64,000 nucleotides of DNA. Source: Candidatus Eiseniibacteriota bacterium. Its GTDB lineage: Bacteria > Eisenbacteria > RBG-16-71-46 > CAZAMP01. How positions within the stretch are numbered: position 1 is the stretch's first letter; the number at the start of each line of letters is the position of its first letter. Shown here one piece after another: positions 1 to 10,469 of the stretch. A program made the position numbers and the translations under genes. The DNA lies in assembly GCA_965224245.1 (NCBI GenBank), contig OZ245046.1, positions 2,240,001-2,304,000 of the forward strand, given 5' to 3'. Below the pieces are notes generated by a model. The model was not told the DNA's origin. It was given only the letters and a program-made list of their open reading frames with translations, and ran no database searches.

Positions 1-230
1 CGACCGCGGACGCGGCGGTGATGCTGGGGGACTCGTGGGCGTCGGACGTCGTCGGCGCGTCGCGGGCCGGGATCGCGGCGGTGTGGCTGAACCGGTATCG
101 CGTCCCGTGTCCGGATCCGGCGATGGCGATCGAGGTGACGTCGTTGACTCCGACCGAGCGGGTGCTGGAGGCGCTCGAGGAGGCTCGGGTGGCGACGCGC
201 GCAGGTGCGTCGGGGCGGGGATCTCGTTGA
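1..230 (+). CDS. HAD-family hydrolase, C-terminal part (5' truncated by window edge)
   Basis: Motif IV 'AVMLGDSWASDVVGASRAGIAAVWLNR' typical of HAD-IA hydrolases. Confidence 0.8.
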   Translation, partial: TADAAVMLGDSWASDVVGASRAGIAAVWLNRYRVPCPDPAMAIEVTSLTPTERVLEALEEARVATRAGASGRGSR

Positions 231-330
231 GTCGACCGCCGCGGGGCTCGGTGCGTCGGAGGTCGCCGGGCCGCCGGCGAGGCCCGCCTTGACCCTCCGG
301 TGGCGCCGTGTTCTCTTCATCGGTCCAGAC

Positions 331-403
331 GGGCCCATAGCTCAGTGGTTAGAGCCGCCGGCTCATAACCGGTAGGTCCCAGGTTCGAGTCCTGGTGGGC
401 CCA
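331..403 (+). tRNA. tRNA-Ile2 (CAU anticodon, lysidine type); elongator tRNA-Met not excluded
   Basis: GGGCCCA-TAGCTCAGTGGTTAGAGC-CGCCGG-CTCATAA-CCGGT...GGTTCGAGTCC-TGGTGGGCCC-A cloverleaf; CAT at 364-366; G1-C72 paired so not an initiator; resembles ileX type; CCA not encoded. Confidence 0.9.
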
Positions 404-443
404 CATTCGAGGATCGGCGGAGCCTCGTGCCGGTTGTCGATGC

Positions 444-647
444 TCACCCCCGCGTTGCGCGCCACATCACCCTGCCCGACTCCCGTGCGTCGGTCAGTAC
501 GATACCGACGTCATGGCTGATCAGGATCCAATCCCTTTCCGCGACATCTGTCGGTCGATCGTCGACGGGCCCAGCGAGCAGGGCCATGCCGACAGCCCCG
601 GACATGAACAGCGCAAGCCCGATGAGGATGATGTGACGGAGACTCAA
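444..647 (-). CDS. Small putative membrane/secreted protein (about 67 aa), possibly a fragment
   Basis: TTG start preceded by GGGAG; hydrophobic N-terminus IILIGLALFMSGAVGMALLAG then DWILISHDVGIV; overlaps the low-complexity tail of ORF 511-1776. Confidence 0.3.
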   Translation of the reverse strand: MSLRHIILIGLALFMSGAVGMALLAGPVDDRPTDVAERDWILISHDVGIVLTDARESGRVMWRATRG

Positions 648-1776
648 GGGACTGCTCCCTGGTCGATTGCGGATGCCGGCGGATCGGCACTCGCGGTGGG
701 AGCTGCCCCACGAAGACGCGGGGTTCACGCACCATGTCGGCCGCGAAGACCTGTCCCTGAGGGCCGAGCGCAACGAGGTCGACCGTGGCTCGTTCGCCGC
801 CGAACATGAGGCGCCACATCCCGAGCACCTCGCCGCCCACGGAGAACTCGTAGAGCGCGGCCCCCGGTAGCAAGAGAAAGATGCTCCCGTCGAGGCACGC
901 GACGTCGAGCAGGTATGCTGCTCCGTGTGGATGACCGTCACCGTTGGACAACGCTTCCGTCTGCCGTTCGAGCTCGTCCAACGAGAGGGCCTCTCGCACG
1001 TCGTAGCCGGCCGACCTCAGGTGCCGCTCCTGAGCGCCAAGCCAGCACCGGTGCCATTCCCACACCTCGTCGACGAGCACCGGGAAGTCGCCACGGGACC
1101 TCCCGTCGAGCGAGTACAGGTGCACCTCCGGGACACTCATCTTCGCCACGACCAGAACGCTGTCCGAGCAGAACGAGAGCCGGATGCGATTCAGAGCATC
1201 AATCGCCGCGGGTGTCCCGGTCGCCCCACGCCGCAGCCCACCAAACGCATGTCTTGCGCCACTCGACGTCACGCGTGCGACCAGCCGGTCTTCACCGGGC
1301 TTCGCCCTGACCACGACACTTCGGTCGTTGCCCAGGCCAACCTCCCGTGGGGGATAGCCGAGCTCGAGCACCCGTATCGTTTCGTCGTGAGCTCCGAACA
1401 CCCGGATGCCCCCGTGTGCATACTCCGCGATCGCGAGCTCCTCGCGGTCGTTGATCGAGACATCCACCGGCAACGCGTCGCCATCCAGAAGCCACTCACG
1501 ACTCGTCGTCCCATCCCCGTCGTACCCGGCAACCCGACCCGCGTCCGTGTCCACCACGATGACGTGCCCCTCGGGCGTGGATGCCAGCGCACTGATCGAA
1601 TCGAAAGGTGGTGTCGGTTCCAGCTGGTACAGATCCAGCGTCTCCTCGGCGCTGCCACTCCTGAGGATCGTGGCGGCACCGAGAAGCAGTGCATACACGC
1701 CACATCTGGCCGCATGATGCCGTATCATGGCGATATCCTCCGGGCTTCGAAGAGACACCACCCCACGAAGGATCAC
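511..1776 (-). CDS. Secreted NHL/six-bladed beta-propeller protein
   Basis: Signal-like VYALLLGAATILRSGSA; repeated blade motifs (ALASTPEGHVIVVDTDAGRVAGYDGDG, PVDVSINDREELAIAE, VHLYSLDG, DLVALGPQGQVFAAD); last ~55 aa look like a read-through tail. Confidence 0.65.
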   Translation of the reverse strand: MILRGVVSLRSPEDIAMIRHHAARCGVYALLLGAATILRSGSAEETLDLYQLEPTPPFDSISALASTPEGHVIVVDTDAGRVAGYDGDGTTSREWLLDGDALPVDVSINDREELAIAEYAHGGIRVFGAHDETIRVLELGYPPREVGLGNDRSVVVRAKPGEDRLVARVTSSGARHAFGGLRRGATGTPAAIDALNRIRLSFCSDSVLVVAKMSVPEVHLYSLDGRSRGDFPVLVDEVWEWHRCWLGAQERHLRSAGYDVREALSLDELERQTEALSNGDGHPHGAAYLLDVACLDGSIFLLLPGAALYEFSVGGEVLGMWRLMFGGERATVDLVALGPQGQVFAADMVREPRVFVGQLPPRVPIRRHPQSTREQSLESPSHHPHRACAVHVRGCRHGPARWARRRSTDRCRGKGLDPDQP

Positions 1777-1780
1777 CGGG

Positions 1781-2932
1781 CTACTCCTGCTCCCGGCGTT
1801 CGAGAGCGAAGCACGACAGAGTAAGTGGCGGCCTCACTCCATCGTCCGACCTGTGGAACACATAGATCCGCTCACCCCGGACGAACACACGATCTCGTCC
1901 AAGCGCAACAGGAGCCCCCTCGAACCTCACGACGACCGAGCGGGTCCGATCCGCGCCCGACGCGACGGCGCGGAATCGAAGCTCCTGCACGTCGTCTGCA
2001 AGCGGAGCACCGGAACGAACCCAGATCATCCCGCCCGAACGCAGCAGAACCTCGCCGATTCGCCGGTGGTGATCCCGCGGCTCTGCCCTCCGCGTGTACG
2101 CCCCGGTTTTGATCTGGTAGGTCCGAACTCGGTCCTTTTCGTCACCAGAGCGGCGCACCAGGGGGAGATCGCATTCAGCATCTGCTGCGAGCGACTGGCC
2201 CAAATCGTAGTGACGCAAGGTGCAGTCATCATGTTCGCGGCTGACCACGACCTCGTCGCCAGCGGCATCCCAGACCAGGGCTCCGGTGAAGAACCGCTCG
2301 TCGATGACCTCCGGGCTCGAGGGAGAGAGATCGACCTGGGAGAGCACGTGACTCGAATCGCCGGAGAACGAGTACCAGAAGAGCATGTTGGCGGCGTACG
2401 GCTCGGTACTCATCAGCGAGCTTTGACCGACCTCGACCACGACCCCGTCGTCGACGGCTTCGACACGTACGGGCGGCTGCCCGGGTCCCCCGTGAACGCT
2501 CGGTATCGTGATGCTGTGCAGATACTGCCGGGTCAGGTCGTACAGATGAAGTCGCGATGGATAGTCCCCGATCCCGATGGTCGAGTCCCAGACACATATC
2601 GCGTAGACGTCCCCGTGCTCGCCGGGCCCCTCGCCTGACGACCCGAGCTGGCCGTGAAACCGGCCTCGATCGTCCAGCACAAACACGGCGCGCTGGCCGC
2701 TGTCCACCACGTATGTCGAGTCACCGCATGTGGCGACATCCACCACGTTGCCGAAGACCTGTTCATCGGTGTCGGCGCCGACGTTCCAGAGCTCCTGGGC
2801 GACGTATGCGTCCCGAGTATGGGCCTGCGCCCACGTGACCCCGAGAATCAGGAGCACGACCGCCATCGTCGATCGAGGCCTGGGCCACCGGAGTCGAGGA
2901 CACGAAGGTGATGCCGAGAACCTGGCTGACAC
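1781..2932 (-). CDS. Secreted six-bladed beta-propeller protein (TolB-like/DUF5128-type)
   Basis: Signal peptide MAVVLLILGVTWAQA; hallmark 'VFGNVVDVA..DSTYVVDSGQRAVFVLDDRGRFHGQLGSSGEGPGE'; SD GGAGG upstream. Confidence 0.75.
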   Translation of the reverse strand: MSARFSASPSCPRLRWPRPRSTMAVVLLILGVTWAQAHTRDAYVAQELWNVGADTDEQVFGNVVDVATCGDSTYVVDSGQRAVFVLDDRGRFHGQLGSSGEGPGEHGDVYAICVWDSTIGIGDYPSRLHLYDLTRQYLHSITIPSVHGGPGQPPVRVEAVDDGVVVEVGQSSLMSTEPYAANMLFWYSFSGDSSHVLSQVDLSPSSPEVIDERFFTGALVWDAAGDEVVVSREHDDCTLRHYDLGQSLAADAECDLPLVRRSGDEKDRVRTYQIKTGAYTRRAEPRDHHRRIGEVLLRSGGMIWVRSGAPLADDVQELRFRAVASGADRTRSVVVRFEGAPVALGRDRVFVRGERIYVFHRSDDGVRPPLTLSCFALERREQE

Positions 2933-2953
2933 GTCGTGGGCCTCCCTTCTCGA

Positions 2954-3220
2954 CTAGAAGAAGTACCCACCGCCTCCTCGGGCACACTGCGTGCACGTGC
3001 ATCTCGGTACGGGACTGCACTGGCAGGTGCACGCGCAGTCCCAGGGTGCCCAGCACGTAGTGGATGCGCTCTCGCCATCGGGGCAAATGACCGCGCAACT
3101 GAAGGACTCGCCGACCGGTGGTGTTACGGCCAGGGATCGATGTCCGGTCATGACGGACCCGAGGGCGATCGCGAGCACGAGGAGCGCGATCAACCTCGTG
3201 CCAGTTCGCTTCATTTGCAT
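2954..3220 (-). CDS. Small secreted cysteine-rich peptide (88 aa, 10 Cys)
   Basis: SD GGAGGT 7 nt before ATG at 3220; basic N-terminus, hydrophobic core LIALLVLAIALGSV, SLA cleavage; mature part CAVICPDGESASTTCWAPWDCACTCQCSPVPRCTCTQCARGGGGYFF. Confidence 0.75.
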   Translation of the reverse strand: MQMKRTGTRLIALLVLAIALGSVMTGHRSLAVTPPVGESFSCAVICPDGESASTTCWAPWDCACTCQCSPVPRCTCTQCARGGGGYFF

Positions 3221-3783
3221 CACGAATACCTCCGGACGATTGATGTCGCACTGCATTGCTGATCGCTGAATGCCGCGCGCATGAGCGCAGCGTTTCGCAT
3301 CGAGCGCGGCCCAGCGAAGCGAAACGAGGTGCTGAACGCGACGCATCGTGTCGCTCGTCGCTTCGATCGCCGGCCCCGCAGGCGAAGCCATACATGATCT
3401 GCATGTGGCGGGTCGGTGGGCGGCTTCTCCTCACCGGGCACGTCAGCAGGCGTGTGAGCTCACGAGCGGAGGGCGTAGCTCATGAGGCACGAAACTCGAT
3501 CGTGGGCAGGACGCGGTGACATCGAGCGAGCTGACAGCGTCATCGTTGGAGCTGTCACGAGCGTCGACTTGCATCGTACATGGTGACGAGCTGGAGTCAA
3601 TCGCATTCTCGAGACCGACACCGCCGCGTTTTCCCCTTGGCTCCCGCATGCTCCTTTGCACCCGGGTACACGCCCACACTCGACACAGGCTCACACCCAC
3701 GGGACGACCTGCGTGCAGCGCCTCGGAGCCACCCGTCGACATGCGACTCGTCACGCCACGCTCCGCCCGGTCATCGCCATCGC

Positions 3784-4323
3784 CTGGCTCACAAGCTCGA
3801 AACCATGATGTTACGTCGGCGAGACCGCTGGCACGGTCTCGGCGTCGAGGTCACCGAGGCCCCCACCTCGAGCTCGCGCTCGCGATGTCCCACTGCGACT
3901 GGACCGTCGAGATAGCGGATCCTCCGCACGATGACGACCGACGGCGCCGCGATCGCCATCCCCAACGCGCTCGTCCGCACTTCGGATGACCCCGTGCTCG
4001 ACGTGGTCAACACACGCGTGCCCGTTCAGAACGGGGAGGCCTTCGAGGTCCCCCGCGAGTACGTCGCGGCCGGCGACGCCACGATCGAGACGATGGGCTT
4101 GCTCGACGGGGCCGCTACGTCTGGGCGCTGGCCAAGCTCGGCGTGGGCGTCGAGTTGTCCGACACCGACCGTATCGAGAGCTACCTCCTGGTCGCGAGCC
4201 CCAACCGCCAGGGCAGGTCGCTCATCATGCCGACGTCGACCCGCGTCGTCTTGCAGCAACCCCCTGAGCGCGACGCTCGGTCCGAGCGGCAACCGGTTCC
4301 GCCACACGCGCACGAGCCAGCTC
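3784..4323 (+). pseudogene. DUF932/DUF945 phage/plasmid-like protein pseudogene (multiple frameshifts, 3' truncated)
   Basis: Conserved blocks spread over different frames: AHKLETMM..WHGLGVEVTEAPT / CDWTVE / ALVRTSDD.VLDVV..PVQNGEAF..GDATIETMGLLDG / DRIESYLLV..STRVV / FRHT. Confidence 0.7.
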
Positions 4324-4545
4324 ACCGAGGCGCTCGACAACCTCACGCCGGCCGACGTGTACGAGGGTCGGGTTCGTGAGATCCGTTCAGCCGGGGTACT
4401 CGTGAAGCGAGAGACCCTGCGGCGCAGAAGGCGCTACAATCTGGGCGTGTCGGTCACGAGAAAGGACGTCATCCGCCCGGCCGACGTGAGGGAAGTGTCC
4501 ATGGCGATGAGCCGTGAAGTGTCCCCGAGGCTCTGACGACGAACT
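4324..4545 (+). mobile_element. IS3-family insertion sequence remnant (transposase C-terminus plus right end)
   Basis: EALDNLTPADVYEGR..I....VKRETLRRRRRYN resembles the C-terminus of IS3-family transposases; followed by TGTCCC...TGACGACGAACT resembling the right terminal repeat. Confidence 0.6.
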
Positions 4546-4785
4546 CGGACGGCCCCGAGGGGTCCTTCCCGGGTCGTGATCTCAGGTCCGGCGGGGGGAG
4601 TTCCTGGCACGCGGCGTGAACGATCTTACGGCTGCCGCGTGCGGTCTCCCCACCCGGCGGTGTTCTCCACTCGACGGTGTCCGTGCGCCCAGCAGGGACG
4701 CCCCAGATCGATCCCGTGGCCGGCGCCTCTCCTCGAGCCCCGCGCCGCGCCGACAGCCCAAGCATCTCGACGGAGAGGGACGCCG

Positions 4786-7110
4786 ATGATCCACGCCGAT
4801 TACCCGGGTACACGCGCGTACGACCCGATCACCGCCCACGCCATCCACGACGACGGCATGCGCGGGAACGCCGCGAGCCCCGTCGGTCCGGGCGCGGCCC
4901 GTCATGCATGGTCGCTCCTCGCCATCCTCATCGTCACCGCGGCCCTTCTCCCCTCGGCCGCCTCCGCCCAGGTCGAGACCACCTTCGACACCGACCTCGA
5001 AGGCTGGGCCGTCTACGGCGACAACGTCTTCTACTGGGTCGCCGGCGAGGGCAACCCCGGCGGCTGCCTCCGCGTGGACGACGACGCCATCGGCCTCTAC
5101 AGCGTGGCCACGGCCCCGCCCGCCTACCTCGGAGACTGGTCCACGCTGAGTCCCGCCGACTCCCTCGCCTACGACGCGATCTACGAGGCCGCGAGCAGCA
5201 CCACGCCCTCCCCACCCGCCATCTTCCGGATCGAGGGCCCCGGCGGCGCCGCGTCGTACACCACGACCAGCTTCGGGCGTGACGTCTGGAATCACTTCTC
5301 GATCCCGATCGATCCCGCCGCGTGGACGATGGAGACCGGCACCTGGGCGTCGCTGATCACCGACGTGACCGCGTGCGAGCTCGCGGCCGAGATGATCTTC
5401 GGAGACGAGGTCGTGCGTCTCGACAACGTGCGGCTCGGGGGCACGCCGGGCGTCCCGGCCCAGCTCGCCGAGGTGGAGGACTTCGAGGACGGCATCATCG
5501 GCTGGACCGAGATCGGCACGACCATCTCGCCGGACCCCATGGACGGGAGCCCCGGCGCGTGCATCGTCGTCGACGAGCAGCGGAACGGCGGCGCGGTCGT
5601 CCTGCCCTCCTGGTTCGGCGGACCCTGGGATGCGTACGTGGACGACGGCGTGATCTCGTTCTCCTGGTTTCCGCCCGACCCCATCCACCCGGGAGGTGAG
5701 ATCCGGCTCGAGGTGCTGGGCCCCGGCGGCACCGCCCGGCATACGATCTCGACCGACCCGTACGTCGGCGCGAATCACCTCTGGCACCCGATCGTGATCC
5801 CGATCACCGAGTCGGCCTTCGACGTGACCGCCGGGACGTGGGAGGGCGTGGTGGCGCACGTGCAGAAGGTCCGGATCTCCTGCGACGTCACCGCCGGCAA
5901 CGACACATTCCGCCTCGACACCGTCTATCGCGGCGGGGCGGCCGGCGCGCCGGCCACCGAGCTGCCCATCGTCATCCAGGAGCCCGACGACTACGCGCTC
6001 TGTGACTACTGGACGTTCCGGAACGCGTCCGCCCTCGCGCGGAACCCCGCAGACGGCGTCCTCTACACGCTCGTGAACGAGCCTCCGGCCGACGGCGGTG
6101 GGGTGTACGCCGTGAACGGTCCCGCCGCCGGGTTCCGGCTGCACGCGTACGATCGGCCCGCCGGGCTCGTGTTCACCGACGACGGCGACGGCTTCGTCAG
6201 CGAGAACTACGCCGGACGCGTGTTCCGGTTCGTCGGCGCCGATTCGTCGATGACGTGGATCTCGTCCTTTCTGTCGGGCGACGACGATCCGGCCGGGCTC
6301 ACGATCGCCCCGACCGGGTTCGACGGCGGCGCGGTCTCGGCCGGCGATCTGATCGTGGTCGATCACGGGAACGGCGGCACCGACGCGTTCTGGGCCGCGT
6401 CCCCGGACGTTCCCGATCAGGCGCAGCAGCTCGTGGCCGATCCGGGCGCCGCGGACTGGTACGACGTGACCACCGACGGCGCGTCGCTGTGGGCCTGCGA
6501 TTCGTACAACGACGGCGTGCTCACGATCGCGGCGCCCGACGGCTCCACGACGTCGCTCGTCCTGTCCCAGACGCTGAGCGATCCGCGGGCCATCGCCTAC
6601 GACACCGGCGAGGACGTCCTCTACCTGACCACGAACTCCCCGCCGATCGGCCTCTACCGCGTGGATCCGGTGACCGGCGACGTCACGCTGGTGGCGAACG
6701 GCTTCGGTGCGTCCGGATACGGTAACCTCGAGATCGATCCCGTGGGACGTCGGCTCTGGGTCACCGATTCCGACAACAGCCGCGTGTACGAGATCTGCCT
6801 GCCCGCGGCGGCGGCGGTTCCCGACGCGGCGCGTCCGGGCTTCGGGCTCGCGATCGGTCCGTCACCGGTGAGGGCGTCCACCGTGGTCAAGCTGGAGCTC
6901 GATACACGGTCCGTCGTGCGGCTGCACGTGTTCGACGCATCCGGGCGGCGTGTGCGCCGCCTCGCCGACGGTGTCCGTGACGCGGGCACGCTGCGCATCG
7001 CCTGGGATGCACGCGACGATCGCGGGCACCGCGTCGAGCCGGGGATCTTCTTCGTGCGAGCGGAGTCGGACGGCGCGACCCGATCGGCCAAGCTCACCGT
7101 ACTCCGGTAG
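4786..7110 (+). CDS. Secreted multidomain protein: two laminin-B-like domains, beta-propeller, C-terminal FlgD Ig-like domain
   Basis: SD GGAGAGG before ATG 4786; signal LLAILIVTAALLPSAASA; two repeats F-x-x-x-x-x-GW...G[NS]PG[GA]C; propeller repeats; tail 'PSPVRASTVV...VFDASGRRVRRLADG...WDARDDRGHRVEPGIFFVR'. Confidence 0.75.
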   Translation: MIHADYPGTRAYDPITAHAIHDDGMRGNAASPVGPGAARHAWSLLAILIVTAALLPSAASAQVETTFDTDLEGWAVYGDNVFYWVAGEGNPGGCLRVDDDAIGLYSVATAPPAYLGDWSTLSPADSLAYDAIYEAASSTTPSPPAIFRIEGPGGAASYTTTSFGRDVWNHFSIPIDPAAWTMETGTWASLITDVTACELAAEMIFGDEVVRLDNVRLGGTPGVPAQLAEVEDFEDGIIGWTEIGTTISPDPMDGSPGACIVVDEQRNGGAVVLPSWFGGPWDAYVDDGVISFSWFPPDPIHPGGEIRLEVLGPGGTARHTISTDPYVGANHLWHPIVIPITESAFDVTAGTWEGVVAHVQKVRISCDVTAGNDTFRLDTVYRGGAAGAPATELPIVIQEPDDYALCDYWTFRNASALARNPADGVLYTLVNEPPADGGGVYAVNGPAAGFRLHAYDRPAGLVFTDDGDGFVSENYAGRVFRFVGADSSMTWISSFLSGDDDPAGLTIAPTGFDGGAVSAGDLIVVDHGNGGTDAFWAASPDVPDQAQQLVADPGAADWYDVTTDGASLWACDSYNDGVLTIAAPDGSTTSLVLSQTLSDPRAIAYDTGEDVLYLTTNSPPIGLYRVDPVTGDVTLVANGFGASGYGNLEIDPVGRRLWVTDSDNSRVYEICLPAAAAVPDAARPGFGLAIGPSPVRASTVVKLELDTRSVVRLHVFDASGRRVRRLADGVRDAGTLRIAWDARDDRGHRVEPGIFFVRAESDGATRSAKLTVLR

Positions 7111-7253
7111 ATCCCGACGATCCGAGCGATCGCGAGCGGAGATGACGAATGGTGCGTTCGATCGCACCATTCGTCTTGTGCCCGGCGATCGATTGACCGT
7201 ATGGTTGCCCGTCGACTCGCCCGCGCCAGCCAGTTCCAGGACGGGAGCGCCAC

Positions 7254-8039
7254 ATGACGCCGCGACCCGCGGTATCCGTCGATCATCTGGCAGCCTTCGC
7301 GGTCGCCGCGCTCGCAGGGGCCGCCGGGCTGTGGATCCTGCGTCGCCGCGCGGTGGCGATTCCCACGAGCATCGTGATCCTGACCGCCGGCATCGGGCTC
7401 GCCGGCCTCGGCGTGGTGGCCTTCGCCCGGCCGATCGTGCGCATGACGCTGGCGCCGCCCGAGGCGCGCGCGTTTCCCCTCCCCGCGATCATGCGGGCGG
7501 CCTGGTTCTGCCTGGGGCTCGGCACGGGCGTGGTGGCCACGTGGGCGCTGGGGTCGGGCAAGACGCGACGAACCGACCGCGTCTTCGTGTGCTACCGGCG
7601 AGCCGACAGCGCCGACGCCGTCGGGCGGGTCGTCGATCGACTCGCCGCTCGCTTCGGCGTCGATCGCGTCGTCCGGGACGTCCACAGCGTCGGGGGTGGC
7701 GGCAACGTGCGCGAGCTGATCCGGCGGTACCTCGCGGAGTCGAGCGCGTTGATCGCCGTCATCGGTCCCCGCTGGCTCGATGCCGCCGGTGAGGACGGAT
7801 CACGTCGTCTGGACGATCCGTCGGACTTCGTGACGCTCGAGATCGAGACCGCGCTGGCCTTCGGCCTCCACGTGATCCCGGTCCTCGTGGGAGGCGCCCG
7901 CTTGCCCCCTCGCGACGCGCTGCCCCCACGCATCGCCGCGCTCGCCGACCGCAACGCGATGTCGGTTCGGCCCGATCCCGACTTCGAGACCGACGTCCTG
8001 CGCCTGATCGAGACCATCGAGCGCGCCGGCACGGCATAG
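7254..8039 (+). CDS. Membrane-anchored TIR-domain protein (3 predicted TM helices plus TIR_2)
   Basis: Three hydrophobic segments then 'VFVCYRRADS...LIAVIGPRWL...RRLDDPSDFVTLEIETAL...VIPVLV' TIR signature. Confidence 0.85.
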   Translation: MTPRPAVSVDHLAAFAVAALAGAAGLWILRRRAVAIPTSIVILTAGIGLAGLGVVAFARPIVRMTLAPPEARAFPLPAIMRAAWFCLGLGTGVVATWALGSGKTRRTDRVFVCYRRADSADAVGRVVDRLAARFGVDRVVRDVHSVGGGGNVRELIRRYLAESSALIAVIGPRWLDAAGEDGSRRLDDPSDFVTLEIETALAFGLHVIPVLVGGARLPPRDALPPRIAALADRNAMSVRPDPDFETDVLRLIETIERAGTA

Positions 8040-8484
8040 ACGTCCTTGCCGGACCTCGGGTCACCGAGCCCCATCCCGATCCACGACGCGATCGAGGGCC
8101 ACGACGCGCCCCGCGACACCGACGGCATCTCCGGTTGGAGACCGGCGTCCTCCCCCGCGGCGGTGCCCGGGGCTCGCGCGGCATGGCGACGATCGTCCCC
8201 GGCACCGGTCGTCTCGAGGCCCGAGGACCGGGCGGTCCGCATGAGAGCCGCCGCCCCGGTGGGCACGGCCGACCCCTGAGCGGCCGCCCGCTCGACGCTC
8301 GGTGCCACGCCGCCCTGGCCGAGACACCCCGCCAGCTTCGTCCCCGGGCTCCGTCGATCCCCGACGTAGCGAGTCGGGATGGGGGCATGGACCCCGGCGA
8401 GTTCCGGAGGGAATCAGACCGCGCGTCGAGCGCGCGGCCGCCCGAGGACTGTTTGAGCAGAGGGGTTCATGCCCCCATCCCGGC

Positions 8485-8530
8485 TCGCGGAACGCGAGGT
8501 CGTCGCGGAACGCGAGGTCGTCGCGAAACG
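8485..8530. repeat. 18-nt tandem repeat (TCGCGGAACGCGAGGTCG x2.5), each unit a mini-hairpin
   Basis: Units at 8485-8502, 8503-8520 and a partial at 8521-8530, just downstream of the rpoD stop. Confidence 0.8.
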
Positions 8531-8546
8531 GCGGCACACGCTCCGA

Positions 8547-10469
<1,923 letters not shown>

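Noticed and set aside
2954-3391. 145-aa version of the Cys-rich ORF, or a classical RiPP precursor
   Set aside because: SD and signal peptide support the start at 3220; no modifying enzymes or double-glycine leader nearby
4605-4620. TGGCAC sigma54-like site upstream of the laminin-B protein gene
   Set aside because: -12 element reads GTGA rather than TTGC
8485-8530. Possible CRISPR array (also 34296-34342)
   Set aside because: Only 2-2.5 contiguous units, no spacers, no cas genes
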